NCBI GenBank assembly: GCA_049274945.1
Contig: JBASTP010000012.1
Span: 1 to 41,608, forward strand
Source of the DNA: Patescibacteria group bacterium
GTDB lineage: Bacteria; Patescibacteriota; UBA1384; GWA2-35-9; JBASTP01
DNA: 41,608 nt
Reading direction: 5' to 3'
The stretch's first letter is position 1, and the number at the start of each line of letters is the position of its first letter. Of the stretch, positions 17,401 through 27,473 are shown one piece after another. The position numbers were made by a program, and so were the translations under genes. The notes beneath the pieces were generated by a model that saw only the letters and a list, made by a program, of their open reading frames with translations, had not been told where the DNA came from and did not search any database.

Positions 17401-17448
17401 ATTCTTAAATTCTCGAGAATTTAAGAATAGTTTGGGAGGTGCTATAAT
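17401..17448 (+). promoter_or_regulatory. 28-bp perfect palindrome operator overlapping the -35 region, plus extended -10 (TGcTATAAT) for the ArsR-family gene
   Basis: ATTCTTAAATTCTC|GAGAATTTAAGAAT at 17401-17428. TGcTATAAT at 17440-17448. Confidence 0.5.
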
Positions 17449-17474
17449 AGGAACAATAAGAAAATAATATCACG

Positions 17475-17741
17475 GTGAATTATCGTAAAATTGAAAAAAT
17501 TACCAAGGCGGTCGCCAATCATCGGCGGATTCAGATTCTGGATGTACTCAATACCAATGCTCGTTTGTCGGTAGGTGAAATCAGCCGGAAAACTCGCGGT
17601 AATGTTAAAACCATCGATGCCCATGTTAACCGATTATTTGCGGTTGGCATGATTACCAAACACACCGCCGGCAACCGCGTGCACCACACCATCACAACGT
17701 ACGGCATATCTATTCTCGAATTCTTGAGAAAACAAGAATAG
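17475..17741 (+). CDS. ArsR/SmtB-family transcriptional regulator
   Basis: 88 aa with ANHRRIQILDVL and HTH LSVGEISRKTRGNVKTIDAHVNRL. Confidence 0.7.
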   Translation: MNYRKIEKITKAVANHRRIQILDVLNTNARLSVGEISRKTRGNVKTIDAHVNRLFAVGMITKHTAGNRVHHTITTYGISILEFLRKQE

Positions 17742-17746
17742 TTTGG
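17709..17746 (+). promoter_or_regulatory. second copy of the operator-like repeat (imperfect palindrome) at the arsR 3' end, just upstream of uvrC
   Basis: tctATTCTcgaattcttgagaaaacAAGAATagtttgg, compared with upstream tctATTCTtaaattctcgagaatttAAGAATagtttgg. Confidence 0.35.
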
Positions 17747-17749
17747 TTC

Positions 17750-18988
17750 ATGAAATATGAAGCAAGTATGAAGAAAAATGTAAAGATTTTTAAGGGTTTG
17801 CCAAACAAACCCGGCGTATATAAGTTCTACGACAGCGCCGGGGAGCTTTTGTATATTGGTAAAGCGATTGATTTAAAAAAGCGCGTAAAGCAGCACTTTG
17901 AGCGGCCCCACAGCAGCGGTATCGAGCAAATGCTTACGCAAGTTGCGAGAGTAGCTCATCAAAAAACCGCGAGTAACATTGAGGCGCTGATCCTTGAATC
18001 CGAGCTTGTGACCGCGCTCAAGCCAAAGTATAACGTCAAGCTGCAGGATGATAAGACGTTCCTAGGAGTTTATATTACGAGCGAGCCATTTCCCCGAATT
18101 TTTCCTGCGCGAATTACTAATAAAAAGTTGCCAAAAGGTACGTTCTATGGTCCGTTTACTTCGGCCAAAACACTGCGCCTGGCGCTCAAAATTATCCGCA
18201 GAATTTTCCCCTACTGCTCTAATCCATCTGGGGGTCGGCCGTGCCTTTATTACCACCTAAAGCAGTGCCCGGGGCCGTGCGCCGGCGCCATTAGCTCCGC
18301 TGATTACCGCAGAATTATCGGTAACCTTAAACTGTTTCTATCCGGCAAGCGGGTTGCCTTGATGAGGCAGCTCAAGCGAGATATTAAACAATTTGCGAAA
18401 TTGCACGAGTACGAGCAAGCGGCACGAGCGCGGGATTCTTTGCAGGCGCTCCAGCACATCCGCGACGTTAATCTGGCCTTCGAAGAGCCAACCTACGAGG
18501 TTGGCAACCTACGAGGTTCAAGGGTTGAGGCATACGACGTGTCGAATGTTTCCGGCAAGTTCGCAGTGGGGGTGATGGTGGTTGGTCTAATCCAAGGTAA
18601 GCGGCTAACCCTGCAGTCAGCCGAGTATCGTACCTTTACTATCAAAACCGTGGCAGGAATCGACGATGTGGCAATGATGCGTGAAACCGTGATGCGCCGC
18701 CTGTGCCACGACGAATGGCCCAGGCCCGAGCTCATTATCGTGGATGGCGGCAAGGGCCATTACCGAGCCGTGGTTCCGCTCATCGCCCAAACGCAGATTA
18801 AACTAATTGCGTGCGCCAAAGGGCCAACGCGCAAAAAAACCGATTTATATTTCGAGGAAACCCAGCTGGGTGATTGGGCCGGTATGCTGCCGGTTTTAAG
18901 GTTATTTTGTGGTAAACTTATAGCAGAGGCCCATCGGTTTGCCATTAACCGTTACCGGGCAGCTCATCGCAGGGCTCTCACCAAATAA
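17750..18988 (+). CDS. uvrC: excinuclease ABC subunit C, short form lacking the C-terminal (HhH)2 domain
   Basis: 412 aa. GIY-YIG (PGVYKFYDSAGELLYIGKA), Cys cluster, UVR domain (EYEQAARARDSLQAL), RNase H-like endonuclease region. Ends before the usual HhH region. Confidence 0.75.
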   Translation: MKYEASMKKNVKIFKGLPNKPGVYKFYDSAGELLYIGKAIDLKKRVKQHFERPHSSGIEQMLTQVARVAHQKTASNIEALILESELVTALKPKYNVKLQDDKTFLGVYITSEPFPRIFPARITNKKLPKGTFYGPFTSAKTLRLALKIIRRIFPYCSNPSGGRPCLYYHLKQCPGPCAGAISSADYRRIIGNLKLFLSGKRVALMRQLKRDIKQFAKLHEYEQAARARDSLQALQHIRDVNLAFEEPTYEVGNLRGSRVEAYDVSNVSGKFAVGVMVVGLIQGKRLTLQSAEYRTFTIKTVAGIDDVAMMRETVMRRLCHDEWPRPELIIVDGGKGHYRAVVPLIAQTQIKLIACAKGPTRKKTDLYFEETQLGDWAGMLPVLRLFCGKLIAEAHRFAINRYRAAHRRALTK

Positions 18989-18991
18989 GCC

Positions 18992-19786
18992 ATGGCTCAA
19001 TATTCTCAAAAACGGATTATTGGTATGTTACTACTCAGTGGCGTAGCACTCGTTATTATTTGGTACGGCATCAAACATAACTACGAGAAAACCGGCCGAT
19101 TCACCGCGTCATTTGATTATCTCGAGAAGCCCTTGATTATTCGTACCGAAACCGCCGAGCCTTCCAAGCCATCGCCAACCGTAGCGACGAGCGATTCGCT
19201 GGCGCCGCCCAAAACATTTTTGATTGCCGAGGTACCCTTCACCTCCCAGGCACCCCATGCCAACTGGGATACCGTCCACAAAGAAACCTGCGAGGAAGCA
19301 TCATCGCTGATGGCGGCACGCTACGCTAAAGGTGAGCGGTCTGGTTTAATTAATCCCGACGACGCTGAGGCCGAATTGCAGCGAATTATTGCCTGGGAGC
19401 GCGAAACGTTTGGCTATTTTGAAGATACCAATGCCGAGGAGACTGCTCGTATTCTGAAGGAGTTCTATAATCTTCCTAAGGTGTCGGTGCGCCATGGAAT
19501 TACGCTGGAAGACATTAAAAAAGAGGTCGGCCAAGGCAAGCTCGTGATCGTACCAGCCGCCGGCAGGCAACTTGGTAATCCATTCTTTACTGCTCCTGGA
19601 CCGCTCTACCACATGCCGTTGGTAGTTGGCTATACCAGAGATCAAATTATTACCAATGATCCCGGAACCAAACGCGGCTTGGGTTTCCGGTACGATAACG
19701 AGGTATTCTTTAAAGCAATCCATGATTGGACCGGTAACAAGGACACCATCGAGACCGGGGCAAAGGCCATGATTATTGTCGGTTAG
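18992..19786 (+). CDS. peptidase C39-like (C39_2/DUF3335-type) domain protein with N-terminal TM anchor
   Basis: 264 aa. FTSQAPHANW..TCEEASSLMA resembles the C39_2 family signature. Confidence 0.4.
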   Translation: MAQYSQKRIIGMLLLSGVALVIIWYGIKHNYEKTGRFTASFDYLEKPLIIRTETAEPSKPSPTVATSDSLAPPKTFLIAEVPFTSQAPHANWDTVHKETCEEASSLMAARYAKGERSGLINPDDAEAELQRIIAWERETFGYFEDTNAEETARILKEFYNLPKVSVRHGITLEDIKKEVGQGKLVIVPAAGRQLGNPFFTAPGPLYHMPLVVGYTRDQIITNDPGTKRGLGFRYDNEVFFKAIHDWTGNKDTIETGAKAMIIVG

Positions 19787-19854
19787 ATTTGACAAGGCGC
19801 CATTTTTGCGATAGGATCGCGTTGAACTAAGAAAAGAAACTATGAGAGGTTATT

Positions 19855-21357
19855 ATGTCAACACAACTGGTCTGGGCGCTTGCTACGGCTGTTGGAGGCC
19901 TGCTCATCGGCGGCGGGCTCGGCTGGGTTATAAAAACACGTCTCACGGGAAAGTTACTTCAGGAAGCGGAAACCAAGCAACGTGAACTGCTCCTAAAAGC
20001 TAAAGACGAAGCCCTCAAAATCAAGGAAGATGCAAAGGCTGACGAGGATCACAAGCGCAAGTACCTGCTGGAACTTGAGCAAACGTTGCGTAAGCGGGAA
20101 GACACCCTCGATAAGCAATTGAATGAGCTGACCCAGGAACGGAAAACGCTCGATACCAAAGCCACGGAGATTGAAAAGACTCGAGGGGAGCTCAAGGATG
20201 CTAAAAGCGCCCAAGACGCGGCGCTCGAAAAGGTAGCAAAACTTAAAAAAGACGAAGCCCGGGAACTGCTGCTTAAGGAAGTTGAAAAGGAGCATAAGCA
20301 AGATCTCATCACCCAGGTTAAAAAGATCAAAGCGGCAATTCAAGAAGATGTCGATATTTTCGCCCGTAAGGTAATTGCTACGGCGATCGGCCGGCTGGCC
20401 GGCGAACAGACTGCCGAGTCAACAACGTTTGCGGTTCACATTCCGTCCGAAGAAATGAAGGGCCGGATCATTGGTAAGGAAGGTCGCAATATCCAGCATT
20501 TCGAAAAATTGACCGGAGCTGATGTGGTGATCGATGAGTCGCCCGACACCGTGCTCATTTCATCGTTCGATCCGGTTCGCCGCTACACCGCTAAGATTGC
20601 CCTAGAGATGCTCATTGCAGACGGACGCATTCAACCCACGCGAATTGAGGAGATTGTGAAGAAAGCGGAAGCCGATGTTGGCAAGCAGGTTAAGGAAGCG
20701 GCTGAGCAAGCGGCGTATGAAGTAGGGGTGACTGGCTTGCACCCGGATCTTTTGAAAATTCTTGGCAGGCTGCAGTTCAGGACCTCGTACGGCCAAAACC
20801 AGCTCCGCCACGCGGTGGAGGTTGCTTCGATTGCCGGACTCCTCGCCCAGGAAATCGGCGCCGATACGCAGATTTCTAAAAAAGCCGGTTTACTCCACGA
20901 TTTGGGTAAAGCGGTAGACCATGATCTTCCGGGAGCCCACCACCATATTTCGATGGACATTGCCCGCAAGTATGGCCTTTCCGAAGTGGTGGTTAACGCC
21001 ATTGGCGCCCATCACGACGACATTGAGCCTAAAACGGTTGAGGCTATTTTAGTCCGTGCTGCTGATGCCATTTCTGGCTCGCGTCCTGGGGCCAGGCGCG
21101 AATCTCTGGAATCGTACGTTAAGCGGCTGCGAGAGCTTGAAAATGTGGCTAACACGTTTAAGGGAGTCGAGAAATCGTACGCCATTCAAGCAGGCCGCGA
21201 AGTGCGGATACTCGTTAAGCCGGAGGAAATTGATGACCTGGAGGCCTTGAAACTCTCCCGCGACATTGCGCGTAAGATTGAGCAAGATTTGCAGTACCCA
21301 GGGGTAATCAAGGTCAACGTAATCCGCGAAACACGAGCAGTTGAGTACGCAAAATAG
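19855..21357 (+). CDS. rny: ribonuclease Y
   Basis: 500 aa. N-terminal TM, long coiled-coil, KH domain (IIGKEGRNIQHFEKLTGADVVID), HD domain (HAVEVASIAGLLAQEIG, LLHDLGK). Confidence 0.9.
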   Translation: MSTQLVWALATAVGGLLIGGGLGWVIKTRLTGKLLQEAETKQRELLLKAKDEALKIKEDAKADEDHKRKYLLELEQTLRKREDTLDKQLNELTQERKTLDTKATEIEKTRGELKDAKSAQDAALEKVAKLKKDEARELLLKEVEKEHKQDLITQVKKIKAAIQEDVDIFARKVIATAIGRLAGEQTAESTTFAVHIPSEEMKGRIIGKEGRNIQHFEKLTGADVVIDESPDTVLISSFDPVRRYTAKIALEMLIADGRIQPTRIEEIVKKAEADVGKQVKEAAEQAAYEVGVTGLHPDLLKILGRLQFRTSYGQNQLRHAVEVASIAGLLAQEIGADTQISKKAGLLHDLGKAVDHDLPGAHHHISMDIARKYGLSEVVVNAIGAHHDDIEPKTVEAILVRAADAISGSRPGARRESLESYVKRLRELENVANTFKGVEKSYAIQAGREVRILVKPEEIDDLEALKLSRDIARKIEQDLQYPGVIKVNVIRETRAVEYAK

Positions 21358-21416
21358 CAACCCGCCCGTCCCCTCGCACCTCTCGCCGCCCAACCACATA
21401 AATAATAGGCTTAACA

Positions 21417-23252
21417 ATGGCATCTAACGCTCAACTTCAAAAACTTGCTAGGTTGATTCGTTACTATATTCTGATTTCTTCAACCGAAGCCGGTTCAGGC
21501 CACCCCAGCTCCTCACTTTCTGCCGTCGAGCTTATGACTGTCCTGATGTTTGGTGGTACCTACCGCTTCGACCTCGATAACCCCAGCCACCCCAATAACG
21601 ATCGGCTGATTTTTTCCAAGGGGCATGCCTCACCACTTTTCTATAGCCTCTACGCCGTAGCCGGAAAAGTTTCTAAGGAGGAATTACTCGATTACCGTAA
21701 GTTTAAAAGTCCTCTCGAAGGTCACCCTACTCCGGCATTTACCTATACCGAAGCCGCCACCGGCTCGCTTGGCCAAGGGCTTTCGATTGGTTTAGGCATG
21801 GCGCTTAATGCCAAATACCTCGACAAATTACCATATCGCACCTTCGTGTTGCTTGGCGATTCTGAAATGGCGGAAGGTTCACAGTGGGAAGCAATTCAGC
21901 TTGCCGCCCACTACAAACTCGATAATTTAATTGCGATCCTGGACGTCAATCGCTTGGGCCAGCGGGGTGAGACCATGTATGGCCATCGGATCGAAGAGTA
22001 TGCTAAGCGGGTTACATCATTTGGTTGGGAGGTTATTACCGTAGCCGATGGCCACTCAATACTAAAAATACAAAGTGCGTACGCAAAAGCTCTAAAAATC
22101 AAAGGCCGACCAGTGATAATCATCGCTCGTACCATAAAAGGTAAAGGTGTCAAATTGCTGGAAAATAAGGAAGGTTGGCACGGTAAGCCAATTCCCAAAG
22201 ACGAGCTCGAAAGTGCGCTCAAAGGGCTTGGTAAGGTGGAGACGGCTGCCCGAGGATCTATCACATTACCTGCTAATCAGTTACCTAAAAAATTACTCCC
22301 TCAACCGATTGAGCCGTTAGACTATGTAAAGGATAAACCGGTTGCCACGCGCAAGGCCTACGGTAATGCGCTGAAGCGAATCTATAAAAAATACCCGGAA
22401 ATTGTGGCTCTAGACGGTGAAGTATCCAATTCCACATTCTCTGAAATTTTTCAGAAGGCTCATCCGCAGCGTTTTTTTGAGATGTTTATAGCAGAACAGA
22501 ATATGGTAGGAGCGGCATTAGGTTTAAGCCGCCGCGGAAAGCTGCCGTTTGTTTCTACATTCGCCGCATTCTTTAGCCGCGCGTTCGATCAAATTAGAAT
22601 GAGCCGGTACTCGGAAGCCAACATCAAATTCGTTGGCTCGCACGCCGGCGTATCGATTGGCGAGGATGGCGCTTCACAAATGGGGCTCGAAGATATTGCC
22701 ATGTTTCGAACAATTCTGGACTCAGTGATACTCTATCCTGCTGATGCAATTGCCACCGAACAGTTGGTTGAGCAAGCTGCAGCACACAAGGGTATTGTTT
22801 ACGTGCGTACTACCAGAAAGGAGACTCCAATCATCTACCAAGCTTCCGAGCAATTCCTAATCGGGGGATCAAAAGTAATACACAGTTCAGTTAAAGATAT
22901 GGTAACCGTAGTGGCTGCCGGCATTACGCTTTTTGAGGCCCAAAACGCTTATAACGAGCTTATGAAAGAGGGGATTGCAATCAGGATTATTGATTGTTAC
23001 TCGATCAAACCGATTGATACTACTACACTAAAACAAGCTGCAACCGAAACGAAAGCAATCATTACCGTTGAAGACCACTATGCGGAAGGCGGGCTGGGCG
23101 AGGCGGTGACCGCCGCGCTCGCCCAGGTGGCTGTACCGGTAAAAATTCTTGCGGTACGGAAGCTGCCGCGAAGCGGCAAGCCAGAGGAGCTCGTCGATTA
23201 CGAGGATATTTCGGCCCGTGCTATCATAGAAGCGGTAAAGGACTTAGTATGA
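21417..23252 (+). CDS. tkt: transketolase
   Basis: 611 aa with TPP-binding N-terminus (GSGHPSSSLS, GDSEMAEGSQWEA) and the pyrimidine-binding and C-terminal domains. Confidence 0.85.
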   Translation: MASNAQLQKLARLIRYYILISSTEAGSGHPSSSLSAVELMTVLMFGGTYRFDLDNPSHPNNDRLIFSKGHASPLFYSLYAVAGKVSKEELLDYRKFKSPLEGHPTPAFTYTEAATGSLGQGLSIGLGMALNAKYLDKLPYRTFVLLGDSEMAEGSQWEAIQLAAHYKLDNLIAILDVNRLGQRGETMYGHRIEEYAKRVTSFGWEVITVADGHSILKIQSAYAKALKIKGRPVIIIARTIKGKGVKLLENKEGWHGKPIPKDELESALKGLGKVETAARGSITLPANQLPKKLLPQPIEPLDYVKDKPVATRKAYGNALKRIYKKYPEIVALDGEVSNSTFSEIFQKAHPQRFFEMFIAEQNMVGAALGLSRRGKLPFVSTFAAFFSRAFDQIRMSRYSEANIKFVGSHAGVSIGEDGASQMGLEDIAMFRTILDSVILYPADAIATEQLVEQAAAHKGIVYVRTTRKETPIIYQASEQFLIGGSKVIHSSVKDMVTVVAAGITLFEAQNAYNELMKEGIAIRIIDCYSIKPIDTTTLKQAATETKAIITVEDHYAEGGLGEAVTAALAQVAVPVKILAVRKLPRSGKPEELVDYEDISARAIIEAVKDLV

Positions 23253-24097
23253 AGCCTCAAGGACTTAAAGCCAAGATTTTCCTCGACAGCGGCGATCCTC
23301 AAGAAACAAGCGAGATGTTGTCTTTGCTAGGTTTTCTCGACGGACAAACGACAAATCCAACCTTAATCTCAAAAAATCCCCAGGCTGCCGGTAATAGCCC
23401 GAAAGATTTTTATCGGTCGGTCGTAGAAAAAATATCGGGTATGATACCGAACGGCTCAGTTTCGATCGAGGTTTATGCTGATCGGAACAGTACTGCCGAA
23501 GCAATGCTCATCCAGGCCCGTGAAATGTTTACCTGGATTCCCAATGCTCATATAAAGTTTCCCACCACTGCGGAAGGGCTTAAAGCGGCCCACCAGGCGG
23601 TAGCCGAGCGAATGAGGGTAAATATGACATTAGTGTTTTCGCAGGAACAAGCCGCAGCGGTCTATGCGGCAACCCAGGGTGCCAAACGGGGAGATGTTTT
23701 TCTTTCTCCGTTCATTGGGCGACTCGATGATCGCGGTGACAGCGGTATGGATTTGATCGCTAACATCATCAAAATGTACGCCGCCGGCGACGGTCACGTT
23801 GAGGTGCTAACCGCTAGTTGCAGGACTGTCGATCATTTGTTGGCAGCAATTGCCTTGGGGAGTGATAGTATCACCTGCCCAGCGGCAAAGGTTTTAAAAC
23901 CCTGGCATGAGCAAGGCATGTCAATGCCAGATGCTCAATTCCGTTATGAACGGCCGGACTTGAAACCAATCCCCTATCAAGAAATTGTGCTTACTAAACC
24001 ATGGTCTGAATATCAAATAACCCACGAACTGACCGATCAAGGGCTTGATAAGTTTGCCGCAGATTGGAATAGCCTTATGGGAAGAACCCAGTCATGA
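23249..24097 (+). CDS. tal: transaldolase / fructose-6-phosphate aldolase family protein
   Basis: 282 aa with FLDSGD and TTNPTLI motifs. Start overlaps the tkt stop. Confidence 0.8.
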   Translation: MKPQGLKAKIFLDSGDPQETSEMLSLLGFLDGQTTNPTLISKNPQAAGNSPKDFYRSVVEKISGMIPNGSVSIEVYADRNSTAEAMLIQAREMFTWIPNAHIKFPTTAEGLKAAHQAVAERMRVNMTLVFSQEQAAAVYAATQGAKRGDVFLSPFIGRLDDRGDSGMDLIANIIKMYAAGDGHVEVLTASCRTVDHLLAAIALGSDSITCPAAKVLKPWHEQGMSMPDAQFRYERPDLKPIPYQEIVLTKPWSEYQITHELTDQGLDKFAADWNSLMGRTQS

Positions 24098-25053
24098 TGT
24101 ACGATGCCATTGCTTCATTCAATGAACAGCTTGGATTTGAGCCGGTAGTTCATAACGGCGATAAATTAAAACCCGGCAGGAAATTTCTTGTCACCGGTAT
24201 GGGCGGCTCACACCTAGCGGCAGATCTGATCGGTTCGGTAGGGTTGCCGATTGAACTTACCGTCCATAAAAATTATGGCCTGCCAAAGGGCGATCTTTCC
24301 GATTACTTAGTGATTGCCAGTTCCTATTCTGGCAATACCGAAGAGGCGATTGACGGCTTACAAACTGCTCTTGATCAGAACTTGAAAGTAGCGGTCATGT
24401 CGGTTGGGGGCGCGCTGCTTGAAATCGCAAAAAAGCATGGCCTGCCGTATGTTCAAATGCCAGATACCGGCATACAGCCTCGGTCGGCTCTGGGTTACTC
24501 GCTGATGAGTATGCTCAAACTCATGGGTTTGAAAAAAGAGCTCAGCGAGCTTGCTGTCTTAGGTCCTAAGCTCACACCTAAAACACACGAGAAGCAAGGT
24601 AAAGAATTGGCTGCTCAGCTTGCCGGCAGTGTACCGCTAATCTATAGTTCCACCGAAAACCAAGCAGTCGCATACAATTGGAAAATCAAACTCAACGAAA
24701 CTGGTAAGATTCCCGCATTCTACAATGTGCTCCCCGAACTCAATCACAACGAAATGACCGGGTTCGATGTTGTAGCCGCAACCCAGAAACTTTCGGCAAA
24801 CATCCAATGTATCTTTCTGAGTGATAGTAACGATCACCCCCAAATCAAAAAGCGAATGGCGGTGCTCGAAAAGCTCTACCGCGCCAGGGGGTTAGCGGTG
24901 GTCAATATACCGCTCCAAGGTACTAGCCGCTGGGAACGAATACTCCGATCTATTATTCTGGCGGACTGGTTTTCCTATTACACTGCCGAGCACTATGGCG
25001 TTGAGGCCGAGCAGGTACCCATGGTCGAACAGTTCAAACAATTGATCTCATGA
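24094..25053 (+). CDS. bifunctional phosphoglucose/phosphomannose isomerase (SIS domain, archaeal-type PGI/PMI)
   Basis: 319 aa with SIS phosphosugar-binding motif VTGMGGSHLAADL and SYSGNTEE. Translationally coupled within the PPP operon. Confidence 0.65.
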   Translation: MMYDAIASFNEQLGFEPVVHNGDKLKPGRKFLVTGMGGSHLAADLIGSVGLPIELTVHKNYGLPKGDLSDYLVIASSYSGNTEEAIDGLQTALDQNLKVAVMSVGGALLEIAKKHGLPYVQMPDTGIQPRSALGYSLMSMLKLMGLKKELSELAVLGPKLTPKTHEKQGKELAAQLAGSVPLIYSSTENQAVAYNWKIKLNETGKIPAFYNVLPELNHNEMTGFDVVAATQKLSANIQCIFLSDSNDHPQIKKRMAVLEKLYRARGLAVVNIPLQGTSRWERILRSIILADWFSYYTAEHYGVEAEQVPMVEQFKQLIS

Positions 25054-27395
25054 AGCCAAGAGCAAATATCCCGACAATCCTGGTGGTGTTTGGCGCAACA
25101 GGCGATTTGATGGCACGCAAAATTGTGCCGTCACTCTTTCATCTTTACCAACACAACGAGCTCCCCTCGATGTTTATGGTGATTGGCGTATCACGGCAAA
25201 AACTTTCTGACAATGAGTTTCGTGAGCACGTAAGTGAGAACGTGGCTAAACATCACCACGGCTACCGCCCTCAAGCGGATTCCAAGTTTATCAAACTTTT
25301 TCACTACCACCGCGGCAGTTTTGAGAGCCTGCCCGACTACCGCGCCTTACATAAAAAGCTCGAACAGATTGATAACGAGTGGCGGGTTTGCTCAAACAAA
25401 CTGTTCTACCTTGCCGTGCCGCCAACCTACTACCGCACCATTTCAACTCATCTCGCCAAATCCGGCCTAACCGAGCCATGCAGCCCGGAGGAAGGTTGGA
25501 CAAGAGTGTTGGTTGAGAAACCGTTTGGCAAAGACTTAAAAACCGCTAAAGACCTCGACCAACTATTGGGCAAACTCTTTAAGGAAATCCAGATTTACCG
25601 GATCGATCACTACTTAGCCAAAGAGATGCTCCAGGGCATCATGAATTTTCGATTTTCCAACAACCTGCTTGAGCCTTCTTGGAATGCCAGTGCCATCGAA
25701 AAAATCGAAATCAGCTTACTCGAAAAAATCGGCGTTGAGCAGCGGGGAGCCTTTTACGATGGCGTAGGAGCGCTCAAGGATGTTGGGCAAAACCACTTGC
25801 TCCAGATGCTTGCGCTCATCACCATGGATCATCCCCTTACCTTGGATCCGGGGGCGATTCGCGATAAGCGGGCAGAAATCTTGCGTACGCTCGTGCCGCT
25901 TGCCCGCGGGGAAATGGCGGCCAGCACGTTCCGCGCGCAATACCAGGGTTATCGAGGTATTAAGGGAGTATCGGCTCACTCCCAAACAGAGACGTATTTT
26001 CGGGTGAAAGCCCACCTCGATTCACCCCGATGGCAAGGCGTACCGATTGTTCTGGAAGGCGGTAAGCGAATCAAAGATGTCCGGAAAGAGATTGTCGTAA
26101 CCTTCAAACACCCAACACCCTGCCTGTGTCCACCGGGTCAGCACTTTCGTAACCGAGTGATTTTTACCCTTGAGCCTACCGAAACGATCAAAATTCAATT
26201 TTGGGCAAAGAAGCCGGGGTTCGAATCAACCATCGAGGCGCGCGAGTTCAATTTTTTCCTCTACGAAAAAGAGCTGAAGGTTCAGTACGTTGAAGAATAC
26301 AGCAAGCTCTTACTCGATGCCTTCGCCGGCGATCAGACCCTTTTTATCAGCACCGAAGAAGTGCAGGCAATGTGGCGGTTTACTGATCCGATTATTGCGG
26401 CGTGGGATAAAAATATTGTAGCACTCAGGCAGTATAAGCCCGATACCAACGAGGCCGTTGACGAGGCATCCTTTATAGATGGCGAGCTGAAAACTGAAGT
26501 CAAAGAGCTAGGAATCGTGGGTCTTGGTAAAATGGGCGGTAGTCTTGCCCTTCAGCTCCTCGGAAAAGGTTACCGGGTAGTAGGTTTTAACCGTACTCCG
26601 GAGCCGGCTGCACTACTAGCCAAGCAGGGTATGATTGCCGTGGCATCGCTTGATGAGCTTCTAACAAAACTGAGTAAGCCTCGAATTATTTGGCTTATGG
26701 TTCCGGCCGGCAAGCCAGTAGATCAACTGATCGATGATTTAGCCGGGAGACTCAGCCGCGGTGATATTATCATTGATGGCGGTAATTCCTACTATGGCGA
26801 TTCAGCCCGCCGTGCTAAAGCTCTGCAAGTTAAAGGGATCCATTTTATCGATATCGGTGTTTCCGGCGGGCCCAAAGGCGCTCGGTACGGCGCGTCGCTC
26901 ATGGTAGGTGGAGATGCCAAGGTTTTCAAAAAAATAGTGCCGCTGCTTAACGATGTGGCAGTCCCCGGTGGTCTCGCATTTTTTGAGGGCGCCGGCGCCG
27001 GCCACTTTGTTAAAATGGTCCACAACGGTATTGAGTATGGCATGATGCAGGCAATCGCAGAGGGATTCACTATTCTTAAAAAATCTCGGTATAAACTTGA
27101 TTTGACCAAGGTCGCGCACGTGTATAACCAAGGCAGCGTAATTGAATCTCGATTGGTGGGCTGGCTCGCCGATGCCCTTGATCTCCACGGCAACGATTTT
27201 AACGGTGTTACGGGTTCAGTGGCTCATACTGGCGAAGGGCTCTGGGCCGTGGAAACCGCAAAAAAGCTTGGCATTAAAGCAAAAATAATAGAGGAAGCTC
27301 TCGAGTTTCGCAAACAATCGGCGAAAAACCCGAGCTTTACCGGCAAGATCCTTTCGGCTCTCCGTGAACAATTCGGCGGCCATGCTATAAAGTAG
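25050..27395 (+). CDS. zwf: fused glucose-6-phosphate dehydrogenase (N-terminal) :: 6-phosphogluconate dehydrogenase, decarboxylating short form (C-terminal)
   Basis: 781 aa in a single ORF. G6PD motifs VVFGATGDLMARK, RIDHYLAKE, EKPFG. From about residue 480, 6PGDH-like GIVGLGKMGGSLALQL and NGIEYGMMQAIAEGF. Confidence 0.8.
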   Translation: MKPRANIPTILVVFGATGDLMARKIVPSLFHLYQHNELPSMFMVIGVSRQKLSDNEFREHVSENVAKHHHGYRPQADSKFIKLFHYHRGSFESLPDYRALHKKLEQIDNEWRVCSNKLFYLAVPPTYYRTISTHLAKSGLTEPCSPEEGWTRVLVEKPFGKDLKTAKDLDQLLGKLFKEIQIYRIDHYLAKEMLQGIMNFRFSNNLLEPSWNASAIEKIEISLLEKIGVEQRGAFYDGVGALKDVGQNHLLQMLALITMDHPLTLDPGAIRDKRAEILRTLVPLARGEMAASTFRAQYQGYRGIKGVSAHSQTETYFRVKAHLDSPRWQGVPIVLEGGKRIKDVRKEIVVTFKHPTPCLCPPGQHFRNRVIFTLEPTETIKIQFWAKKPGFESTIEAREFNFFLYEKELKVQYVEEYSKLLLDAFAGDQTLFISTEEVQAMWRFTDPIIAAWDKNIVALRQYKPDTNEAVDEASFIDGELKTEVKELGIVGLGKMGGSLALQLLGKGYRVVGFNRTPEPAALLAKQGMIAVASLDELLTKLSKPRIIWLMVPAGKPVDQLIDDLAGRLSRGDIIIDGGNSYYGDSARRAKALQVKGIHFIDIGVSGGPKGARYGASLMVGGDAKVFKKIVPLLNDVAVPGGLAFFEGAGAGHFVKMVHNGIEYGMMQAIAEGFTILKKSRYKLDLTKVAHVYNQGSVIESRLVGWLADALDLHGNDFNGVTGSVAHTGEGLWAVETAKKLGIKAKIIEEALEFRKQSAKNPSFTGKILSALREQFGGHAIK

Positions 27396-27470
27396 TGGTC
27401 GGGGTGGAGGGAATTGAACCCTCTGCCTCTCGATCCCGAACCGAGCGTTCTACCGATGAACTACACCCCG
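27396..27470 (-). tRNA. tRNA-Pro (anticodon CGG), CCA encoded
   Basis: Reverse complement cggggtg-ta-gttcatcggtagaac-gctcggTTCGGGAtcgag-..agggttcaattccctc-caccccg-a-cca. Confidence 0.7.
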
Positions 27471-27473
27471 ATG

